Assembly: GCA_963705375.1 (NCBI GenBank)
Contig: OY970071.1
Location: 300,001 to 332,000 of the forward strand
Direction of reading: 5' to 3'
Length of the DNA stretch: 32,000 nucleotides
Source of the DNA: Candidatus Saccharimonadota bacterium
GTDB taxonomy: Archaea; Micrarchaeota; Micrarchaeia; Micrarchaeales; Micrarchaeaceae
In this document: positions 24,076-31,094 of the stretch, in pieces
Numbering within the stretch: the first letter of the stretch is position 1
Layout of the letters: each line of letters begins with the position of its first letter
The notes under the pieces: generated by a model
The model's database searches: none
The model's input: only the letters and a program-made list of their open reading frames with translations
Told to the model about the DNA's origin: nothing
Program-made: the position numbers and the translations under genes

Positions 24076-25467
24076 TCACCTGAAGTCCAATAGCGCCGAT
24101 GCGCCACCCATCGTCACAGGGACGCCCTGCTCCGGTTCGCCCTTCCCACACGAGCCGACATAAAGTTCACGCTCTTTTCCGACAAGCCGCACCGCATGCC
24201 AGAATTCGAGCGTGTTCTTTTCAAGGACGAAATTCTTAACTGGCAGGCATATGCTGCCGTCCTTTACCAAGTATGCCTCATTGCCCTGATATCTGGAGAA
24301 GCTTCTTGTGTCGTCAATATTCCACTCCGTGAAACTCTTTATATAGATGCCGTTGCCTGCCTCTGCGAGCAGTTCATCGAAATCGGAATCGCCTGCCTGC
24401 AGGTATGTGTTTGACATGCGCACCAGAGGTTCATTGAAGTAGGAATCGCTCCTTGCAGAACCGTTGCTCTGAAGGCCAAGCACCTGCGCATAGGACCTGT
24501 TCGCAAGCAGCTCGTTCTGGATCCCGTTCTTTACGAGCACCTTCGGCCTCGCCCTTATGCCCTCATTGTCATAAAGGAAGAATCCATTAGAATGCGCGAT
24601 TGTAGGGTCATCTACTATGTTGACCTTGCTGCTGCCTATTTCCATCCCTAGCATGTCTTTTGTAAGGTAGCTGGAACCCCCTTGTGCAGATTCCCTGCCG
24701 AACACCCGGTCAGCTTCGCACGGATGGCCGACGCTCTCGTGAACGGCTATGCCGGTTATCTCCGGTGCAATCACAAGACTCTTTATTCTACGCAATGCGT
24801 CTTTGCTGAGGACCTTGCCTTTTTCGAGCACGTTGCGCATGCTTGCAGCCTTTTCGGCAAGCGTTTCGTTTATTGCTTGTGCATCGAAGAGCTCATAACC
24901 GCCAGTATTCCCGAACTGCAGCACGCTCTGCCTTGTCTCCTTTCCGCTTCCGACTATGATGCTCATTAAGGCATCTGTGTACGGTACGCGGCTTCGTACA
25001 GTGCTGCCTTCTGAGTTAGAAAAATAGGTCAAGACCCTTCCGACAGTGCCGAAGAGGCTCCTGAACTTCAGATACTTTATTCCTGCAAGAGACTTGTCCA
25101 TGTCCGAGAGATCCTCAAGCATGCTTGCATCCTCTATCTTCTTGCGCCCTGTCACCTCATAATTTGCATCGGACAGTTTCTCTTTCGAAAGCACTGTGTC
25201 GACGCCTTTGAATCCGTGGAATCCCATTATCGCATCAGCTACGCTTTTTTTGTCCAGTTTGTTTGTGGAAAACGAGAACATGCGCCTGTCCTTGATGACC
25301 CGCACCCTTAACCCTGTGCTGTCGGAATATAAGGCGCCGTTGAAAATGCCCTGCTCTATCGCATAGCCAGACCCTACAGAATTTTCGAGATACACTTCAG
25401 AATACTCTGCGCCTGACTTCTCAGCCACAGAAAGCGCATAATCTGCAATTGATTCGTCGAAGGCCAC
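24076..25467 (-). CDS. tldD: TldD-family zinc metalloprotease
   Basis: 463 aa with the TldD active-site motif HESVGHPCEADR (HExxxH...E.D) and a GTG start. TATA-like CTATAAAAA lies ~32 nt upstream. Confidence 0.95.
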   Translation of the reverse strand: MAFDESIADYALSVAEKSGAEYSEVYLENSVGSGYAIEQGIFNGALYSDSTGLRVRVIKDRRMFSFSTNKLDKKSVADAIMGFHGFKGVDTVLSKEKLSDANYEVTGRKKIEDASMLEDLSDMDKSLAGIKYLKFRSLFGTVGRVLTYFSNSEGSTVRSRVPYTDALMSIIVGSGKETRQSVLQFGNTGGYELFDAQAINETLAEKAASMRNVLEKGKVLSKDALRRIKSLVIAPEITGIAVHESVGHPCEADRVFGRESAQGGSSYLTKDMLGMEIGSSKVNIVDDPTIAHSNGFFLYDNEGIRARPKVLVKNGIQNELLANRSYAQVLGLQSNGSARSDSYFNEPLVRMSNTYLQAGDSDFDELLAEAGNGIYIKSFTEWNIDDTRSFSRYQGNEAYLVKDGSICLPVKNFVLEKNTLEFWHAVRLVGKERELYVGSCGKGEPEQGVPVTMGGASALLDFR

Positions 25468-25494
25468 GGAAGTCGAAGATGCTTGCCTGTGCGT

Positions 25495-25503
25495 ATTTTT
25501 ATA
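25495..25503. promoter_or_regulatory. single TATA-like box (TTTTTATAG / CTATAAAAA) midway between divergent starts 25467 (-) and 25534 (+)
   Basis: It is the only AT-rich box in the 66-nt spacer, ~32-35 nt from each start codon. Confidence 0.45.
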
Positions 25504-25533
25504 GTTTCCTTTCGTTATGCTATCAGTGTTAAT

Positions 25534-26658
25534 GTGCGCATAGCATTCGTCTCAGACGCAGTGTATCCCTGGCATTTTGGCGGGCTCGAAGTGCTCGAGC
25601 ACACAGAGGCAAGCGAGCTCGCTAAGATGCACGATGTGCATTTCTTCTCAATGCAATGGCCAGGAATGAAAAGGACATTCAAGAAAGAAGGGATAACTTA
25701 CCACACGCACCACAGAGTGACGCAGAAGATATTCTACAGGCACGGCCGCAGGTCGATAAGGGAAGCCATCGTCTTTTCGCTAAGCATGTTCAGGCTCTTC
25801 AAGTACGACTTTGACGTGCTCATAGCAAACGAGTTCCCAATACTGCACCTCCCGATATTGAAACTCTATTGCATTCTGCACCGGTGCAAGCTCATCGTGA
25901 ATGTGTATGAGGTTTGGGATACGGACTACTGGACGCAATACCTGGGAAAACTGCCAGGGCTCATGGCCAACGCCTACGCAGACACTTTCCTCAAGGTAGC
26001 TGACGCGTACATAACCATATCAAGCACCACGAAGAGCAACCTTTCCAAGCTAGGTGTCGACAGCGAGCGCATCAACATACTGGCACCTACAATCGATGAC
26101 CGCTTCATATCCAGGATAGGACCGCAGAGCAAAACAAAGACCGTGATATTCTGGGGCAGGCTGATAAAGGAGAAACGGCTCGACAAATGGCTCGGGATAG
26201 TGAAGCAACTAAAAGGCAGGGTCAAAGGCCTGCACGGCCTGATAATAGGGGACGGACCGGAAAGGGAGAACATCGAAAGATTGATAAGCAAGTTAGGCCT
26301 AGATAGTACGGTCGAACTAAGGCATTCATATAGCAACGAACAGCGGAGAGTGCTTTTCGAAACCGTCAAGAAAGCCGGGCTTCTTTTGCAGATGTCCGAG
26401 CGTGAAGGGCTAAGCCTCATAGTGCTCGAAAGCATTGCGCTTGGCACCCCCGTATTGATCCCAGCATACTCTCCGATACCTTCAGAGGTAAGAAACATGT
26501 GTGTGATAGCGAGCGAGATTGAACTTGGGGATGCCGCAGCGGAGATCCTCAACAGCAAGGACGTAACAGGATACATCAAAAACAAGAACGGCCTGCGCCA
26601 GTTCTACATCTCTAATGTAAACAGTTTTTATTCTGCGCTTTTCAATAGAATAAGGTGA
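25534..26658 (+). CDS. GT4-family (GT-B, retaining) glycosyltransferase
   Basis: GTG 25534 gives the typical N-terminus (M)RIAFVSDAVYPWHFGG. The E-x7-E motif is present (SEREGLSLIVLESIALGTPVLI). The track ORF start (TTG 25483) is probably too far upstream. Confidence 0.85.
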   Translation: MRIAFVSDAVYPWHFGGLEVLEHTEASELAKMHDVHFFSMQWPGMKRTFKKEGITYHTHHRVTQKIFYRHGRRSIREAIVFSLSMFRLFKYDFDVLIANEFPILHLPILKLYCILHRCKLIVNVYEVWDTDYWTQYLGKLPGLMANAYADTFLKVADAYITISSTTKSNLSKLGVDSERINILAPTIDDRFISRIGPQSKTKTVIFWGRLIKEKRLDKWLGIVKQLKGRVKGLHGLIIGDGPERENIERLISKLGLDSTVELRHSYSNEQRRVLFETVKKAGLLLQMSEREGLSLIVLESIALGTPVLIPAYSPIPSEVRNMCVIASEIELGDAAAEILNSKDVTGYIKNKNGLRQFYISNVNSFYSALFNRIR

Positions 26659-26662
26659 AACA

Positions 26663-27604
26663 ATGGAGAAAGTTCTTGTCACGGGAGGAACTGGGTTTAT
26701 CGGTGCTGAGCTGGTACCCAGATTGCAGGAGAAGGGCTATGATGTTGAGATACTGGAACGCTATGTCACTGGAAGATACGGCAGCAACAGCACAGGGTGC
26801 GTCATGCACTATGCAAGCCTGACGGATTATCCTGCCGTCAAGAACGTGATCAGGGAGTCGCAACCGGACTATGTGATACACCTTGCCGCCATAAGCGCCG
26901 TGTCCTTCTCATACGACCACTACATTGAGGTCAGCGAAACGGACTATCTTGGCACCATCAATCTTGCAGAAGCGTGCCATCGCCATGTGAACCACTTCAG
27001 GCAGTTCCTGTTTGCAGGCACTAGCGAAGAGTACGGCGTTACGCTGAGAGACAAAAAAGACACCATAACAGAAGAGACAGAGCTGAACCCAAACAGCCCG
27101 TATGCGGTGGCAAAGGTCGCGAGCGACTTCTATCTCAAGTACATGTTCAAGGCATACCACTTCCCATTCACGATACTCAGGCCTTTCAACACATACGGCA
27201 GGAAGAACAACACCCACTTCTTCATAGAGAGCACCATAGCTCAGATGCTGAAAGGCAAGGAGGTGCATCTTGGCGATCCGAACGCCGTACGGGACTGGCT
27301 CTATGTGGACGACCACATCGACGGTTATTTGAAGGCCCTAGGTAACGATGCCGCAATATCCGAAACCGTGCAGCTCTGCACCGGCAAGGCATACACGACA
27401 AAGGAGACTGCAGAGCTGATAGCCAAGCTAACAGGCTTCAAAGGCAGCATTTCGTGGAACTCGACACAAAGAAGGCCCCTTGATGCATATGTGCTGAAAG
27501 GGGACAACGCAAAAGCGAAGAAAGTGCTAGGATGGGAACCAAAGACTGATCTCGAAACCGGGCTGAAGAAGACAATCGCATATCTGAAGAATGCTGCGCA
27601 TTGA
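26663..27604 (+). CDS. NAD-dependent sugar-nucleotide epimerase/dehydratase (extended SDR)
   Basis: GGTGFIG Rossmann motif and catalytic YAVAKVASD (YxxxK). An AAGGTGA SD at 26652-26658 overlaps the GT4 stop codon, so the two genes are probably co-transcribed. Confidence 0.9.
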   Translation: MEKVLVTGGTGFIGAELVPRLQEKGYDVEILERYVTGRYGSNSTGCVMHYASLTDYPAVKNVIRESQPDYVIHLAAISAVSFSYDHYIEVSETDYLGTINLAEACHRHVNHFRQFLFAGTSEEYGVTLRDKKDTITEETELNPNSPYAVAKVASDFYLKYMFKAYHFPFTILRPFNTYGRKNNTHFFIESTIAQMLKGKEVHLGDPNAVRDWLYVDDHIDGYLKALGNDAAISETVQLCTGKAYTTKETAELIAKLTGFKGSISWNSTQRRPLDAYVLKGDNAKAKKVLGWEPKTDLETGLKKTIAYLKNAAH

Positions 27605-27739
27605 GCAAGAACAAAGGCGCGCAGGTACCGGAGACCAGGCCACCCCTAATACCAAAAAAGTGCCGTAAACTTAGCGCATACGTTCTAGAGGACGTGGGGC
27701 GTACGATCCTGGACGCCACTAGATCCGGCCTTTGGCGGT

Positions 27740-27988
27740 TTAAGACCGATCTTCATCTGCTTTTTCTTTAGATGCAGCCATACGCTGTTTTACTTCTTCT
27801 AGCGACGTATGGACACCTGATATGTCTGCCAAGTGGTTCAACAGCTCTTGTGTCCACCTATCAAGTTGTGCGTCTACTCTTTGTTTATACGCCGCATCTT
27901 CCGCCTGTTTTTGCGCCTGTCTTTGCTGTTCAAGAATGGCCGGATCGACCAGCGCTTTATGGTTATCAGGTGCGTTTTTGTTCGGCAT
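27740..27988 (-). CDS. hypothetical 82-aa helical protein (starts MPNK)
   Basis: Gln/Ala/Glu-rich and probably coiled-coil. It is driven by copy A of the duplicated promoter cassette. Confidence 0.5.
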   Translation of the reverse strand: MPNKNAPDNHKALVDPAILEQQRQAQKQAEDAAYKQRVDAQLDRWTQELLNHLADISGVHTSLEEVKQRMAASKEKADEDRS

Positions 27989-28033
27989 GTCTATCAGGAT
28001 ATAGCATTCGACCAGATATATATGGCTTTGCGG
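27984..28033 (-). promoter_or_regulatory. copy A of a duplicated 50-nt promoter/start cassette
   Basis: 49/50 identical to 28458-28507. The minus strand reads CCGCAAAGCCATATATATCTGGTCGAATGCTATATCCTGATAGACATGCC: a TATA-like box ~31 nt before the ATG and a TATC-CT-GATA palindrome near the predicted TSS. Confidence 0.6.
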
Positions 28034-28069
28034 AAAGATTTGAAAATCTTTCGCTTTGCCCTACTTCGA

Positions 28070-28462
28070 TTATTTTCGGCCTCCAGCAAGAAACTCGCTG
28101 CGTTCTCTCCAATCTTGATACTCGCCGTCAGTCAGCCTGACTGAGACACCGTTGCAATTCTTTAGAGTGGCAGGAAGATTCCTTAGATCCTCAACGATTG
28201 TCGAGCAACAATTCAATACAAGATTCAGGTCGACACACAGCAGAATATTTTTATGCAGTGTCAACCATTGCGCTTTGCTTATGGGGCTTAACGATAGGTA
28301 TACGTCCATGTGCGGTTTGTATCGAAGGTCATTCTGAATGAGGCCGCTTACCGCTTCCGGAGTAGGCAACCTTGGCACGCATGCTGCAATGTCCTCTGGC
28401 ATGATGTGGACGAAATCTGTTTTTTCGAGCTTTTCGGCAGTATGCTTGGTTTTATTAGGCAT
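28070..28462 (-). CDS. hypothetical 130-aa protein (starts MPNK, ends ..EFLAGGRK)
   Basis: The track ORF (to 28558) reads through the promoter cassette. ATG 28462 sits at the same cassette position as the start of the 82-aa gene. No family recognised. Confidence 0.5.
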   Translation of the reverse strand: MPNKTKHTAEKLEKTDFVHIMPEDIAACVPRLPTPEAVSGLIQNDLRYKPHMDVYLSLSPISKAQWLTLHKNILLCVDLNLVLNCCSTIVEDLRNLPATLKNCNGVSVRLTDGEYQDWRERSEFLAGGRK

Positions 28463-28507
28463 ATCTATCAGGATATAGCATTCGACCAGATATATATGGC
28501 TTTGCGG
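28458..28507 (-). promoter_or_regulatory. copy B of the duplicated 50-nt promoter/start cassette
   Basis: See copy A. The single difference is A vs G at the base adjacent to the start codon. Confidence 0.6.
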
Positions 28508-28511
28508 CTTT

Positions 28512-28530
28512 GCAAAAAGACTTAAAAAGA
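28512..28530 (-). terminator. double oligo-T terminator after the Nudix gene
   Basis: The minus strand reads TCTTTTTAAGTCTTTTTGC ~55 nt after the Nudix stop. Confidence 0.4.
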
Positions 28531-28585
28531 TAATAGATTCTCGTATTTTCTGACGCACGGATTCCAGAAATAGCAGGCTTGTCCC

Positions 28586-29131
28586 TTAATCAGAAAGCTC
28601 TTTCCTTATCATCTTTATCAATTCAGGCAGATAGTCGTGAGGCACCATGCCTTTTGCAGCTCTGGGGTCCTTTAGCTCTTTTTCCAGTTGAGATGGGGAT
28701 ACGAACCTAACGGCAGCAACCTCCTCTTTTTGGAGATTTTGTGGCAAGAACTCGTGTTTGAATATATAAACATAGTCGAATTCCTTGTCAATGTAGCCGC
28801 GTTTTGGGCTGCCAGTATATTTCTCCACCAGAACACGCTTGAGCTCTCCAGGGTTTGCCTTGATGCCTATCTCCTCATAAAGTTCTCTCAGTGCAGACTG
28901 CTTCGGGGTCTCGCCGGCAGACACGTGACCCGCCGCTGAAATGTCCCACATGCCTGGCTTCGTCTTGGCTCGCATGGAGCGCTTTTGAAGCAGCAGTTCA
29001 CCTTTGGAATTGTAGACCCATACCTGCGCCGCCCGGTGCCACAGACCCCTGACGTGCGCAGATTCCCTAGTCTTGCGCACACCTGTCTTCTTGCCCTTAT
29101 CGTTTAGGACATCGACAAGCTCTTCTTTCAT
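28586..29131 (-). CDS. Nudix hydrolase (IDI-like subfamily fold, but not an IPP isomerase)
   Basis: Nudix box GHVSAGETPKQSALRELYEEIGI. The LLLQKRS..K...PGMWDIS context resembles COG1443 members, but the IDI catalytic Cys position reads ISAAGH. ATG 29131 (MKEELVDVLND) is preferred over the track TTG at 29173. Confidence 0.85.
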   Translation of the reverse strand: MKEELVDVLNDKGKKTGVRKTRESAHVRGLWHRAAQVWVYNSKGELLLQKRSMRAKTKPGMWDISAAGHVSAGETPKQSALRELYEEIGIKANPGELKRVLVEKYTGSPKRGYIDKEFDYVYIFKHEFLPQNLQKEEVAAVRFVSPSQLEKELKDPRAAKGMVPHDYLPELIKMIRKELSD

Positions 29132-29223
29132 AAAAACATACACCGATAAAACACTTGAAATATCAGACGTCAAGTATTTGATGCTTCGTTCCGCGCATAA
29201 ACCGCAAGAGGAATCGCACGCAT

Positions 29224-30006
29224 CTAGTCTCTAGGAACATTTCGCAGATAATGGTGTGCAGGCATAGCAGTGGGTTGATCCGAAGGCCTTAACAATTCCA
29301 TCAATTTTTGCTCAGTGGCCAGCTCTCCGACCTGAATCGCATACCCGCTTCCAATTCCATTAAGAAACTGCAGAACTTCTTGCTTGGTGCCCTCGTCCCA
29401 TGGATGAATTTCGTATCTTGCATGTATCTCTTCTAGAAACTTTAGATATTCTGGAATGCTGTCCCTCGTGACAAATCTAGGAGAGAATGCGTATTTCACT
29501 TCAGTCTCAAGGTCTCGCTTACCTTCGGGATCTTCCACAGGCCAGCACTCTGTGATTCCTGCAGGAGTCACAATCAGATTCTTGGATGTTGGCGAACTGT
29601 TGTAGAAATCGTGAGAATCCGGGACTGACAGCCATACGTCTTGGGCATCTGGACCGAAAGATGGATGTGAATGCAAAAGCACTTTGGACCTATCCGGCAT
29701 ATTCGCGCTCGGTATGTACCAGCTTCCCCGTACAACATACCAATCGGATCCCCACAAAAACAAGCCGGTAATGTTTTCCAGGGTTGTCAGCCAGCGCAGC
29801 AGCGGGGCGTCTGGCGCTTTCTCCAATCTCCCGAATATATCAAGCTCCTGCGGAAATACGCCTACTTTGAACCTTAAAGGCCCTGTCAGGAATTCTTCAG
29901 GATTCACCAATGGTGGCTTGTCACTTGCTCTTGAATGCCGAGATTCTGTTGCATTTACGCCGCTCTCAAGATGGTTTTGGCACTTCTGTTTTTGGTTATC
30001 ATGCAT
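29224..30006 (-). CDS. hypothetical protein with a JAMM/MPN+-like metalloprotease signature
   Basis: 260 aa. LLHSHPSFGPDAQDVWLSVPD (29617-29673) compares with Rpn11/CSN5 HSHPGFGCWLSGVD, that is HxH...S..D with a 5-residue insertion. A candidate upstream Glu lies in TLENITGLFLWG. The fold is not verified. Confidence 0.55.
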   Translation of the reverse strand: MHDNQKQKCQNHLESGVNATESRHSRASDKPPLVNPEEFLTGPLRFKVGVFPQELDIFGRLEKAPDAPLLRWLTTLENITGLFLWGSDWYVVRGSWYIPSANMPDRSKVLLHSHPSFGPDAQDVWLSVPDSHDFYNSSPTSKNLIVTPAGITECWPVEDPEGKRDLETEVKYAFSPRFVTRDSIPEYLKFLEEIHARYEIHPWDEGTKQEVLQFLNGIGSGYAIQVGELATEQKLMELLRPSDQPTAMPAHHYLRNVPRD

Positions 30007-30050
30007 AGTATCACAGCATTATCCTTGCTTATTGAATCGTATGCGATTTA

Positions 30051-30063
30051 GGAGATATTTAAG
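30051..30063 (-). promoter_or_regulatory. TATA-like box (minus strand CTTAAATATCTCC)
   Basis: ~50 nt upstream of ATG 30006. It is flanked upstream by a perfect palindrome, GTCTTAC-AG-GTAAGAC (30063-30078). Confidence 0.45.
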
Positions 30064-30116
30064 TCTTACAGGTAAGACGGTTGGGGGGCTTACGCCCTGT
30101 GACGTTATGAAGGAAA

Positions 30117-30188
30117 TGGGCCCGCTGGGAATCGAACCCGGAATCTCTACCTTGTCAAGGTAGCGTCTTGCCATTCGACTACGAGCCC
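30117..30188 (-). tRNA. tRNA-Val (anticodon GAC)
   Basis: Hand-folded cloverleaf. Acceptor stem GGGCUCG/CGGGCCC with one G-U pair. Anticodon stem CUACC/GGUAG with loop UUGACAA. T arm CCGGG-UUCGAUU-CCCAG with one C-A mismatch. D loop contains GG. Discriminator is A and no CCA is encoded. Confidence 0.85.
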
Positions 30189-31094
30189 CTATAATTCTAT
30201 GGACATGCCGTCCTTTGCTATCTCGGTGTTCGGAAACACCGCTCTTGCTTCACTCAAAAGCGTTTTTAAGCTCTTATACCTTGCGCTTGTGTGCACCAGC
30301 ACGAGCCTCTTCGACTTTGCACCCTTTGCAAGCTGCGCGCTCTCTTGCGACGTGGAATGCTGTCGCTCTAACGCAAGCTTTTTCTCTGCGCTCGCGTATG
30401 TCGCCTCGTGGACGAGAAGGTCGGCGCCCTTTGCGGCTTCCTTCGCTTCGGCCGAGGGCCGCGTGTCAGTTGCATAGACTATCTTTATGCCGTGCCGCAG
30501 CACAGTGACGTCCTTGAGCTTTATGAGAGTGCCGTTAACCCTCAGACGGCCTTTGCTCAACAGTTCGGAGAACATCGTGCCTTTCAGGCCTGTGCCCTGT
30601 ATCTTCTCCTTTATGAAACGCAGCTTGTCCGCTTCTTTGAACACGAAACCGTACGTGCTCACCGTATGCCTTAGCTTGAACGCGCTCACGTCGAAGCCGT
30701 TGCCGCGGTAAATGGCACCCTTCCGTATGGCTTTGACATTTATCTTGAATCCAAGTTCTGCTCCGTCGAAAGTTATGAGTGAACCTATGGCTTTTTCATA
30801 GCCGGCAGGCACGTAGATGTCCAAAGGAGCTTCGCGCCTGTTGAGGGCAAGGGTCCTTATGAGGCCTGCTACGCCTATCGTGTGGTCGCCGTGTATGTGC
30901 GAAAGGAATATCGCGCAGACTCTGGAGGCGTTGAGGCCGCAACGCATCATCTGGCGCTGTGTGCCCTCGCCGCAATCGAACAGAATAAGCTTTCCATTAT
31001 ACTCTATCGCAAGAGCTGGAAGCGCCCTGGCCTTTGTAGGCGTGGAACCCGAAGTCCCTAGGAAAATCACTCTAACCATGAACACACTCGTCAT
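30189..31094 (-). CDS. rnz: ribonuclease Z (tRNA 3' endonuclease, metallo-beta-lactamase fold)
   Basis: VIFLGTSGSTPTKARALPA, LFDCGEGTQRQM, and the HIHGDH motif (FLSHIHGDHTIG). ATG 31094 overlaps the upstream gene's stop (ATGA). ATG 31079 (MVRVIFLGTSG) is the homology-preferred alternative. The track ORF start (31253) is an overextension. Confidence 0.9.
   Translation of the reverse strand: MTSVFMVRVIFLGTSGSTPTKARALPALAIEYNGKLILFDCGEGTQRQMMRCGLNASRVCAIFLSHIHGDHTIGVAGLIRTLALNRREAPLDIYVPAGYEKAIGSLITFDGAELGFKINVKAIRKGAIYRGNGFDVSAFKLRHTVSTYGFVFKEADKLRFIKEKIQGTGLKGTMFSELLSKGRLRVNGTLIKLKDVTVLRHGIKIVYATDTRPSAEAKEAAKGADLLVHEATYASAEKKLALERQHSTSQESAQLAKGAKSKRLVLVHTSARYKSLKTLLSEARAVFPNTEIAKDGMSIEL

Noticed and set aside
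28586-29131. Nudix gene considered as type 1 isopentenyl-diphosphate isomerase.
   Set aside because: The position of the IDI catalytic Cys (NS.CGHP) reads ISAAGHV, so only a generic Nudix hydrolase call is justified.
27740-30116. Possible integrated element at the 3' side of tRNA-Val.
   Set aside because: There is no integrase or recombinase, no direct repeat of the tRNA 3' end in the window, and no obvious compositional break by eye. The genes are treated as an orphan module rather than a mobile element.
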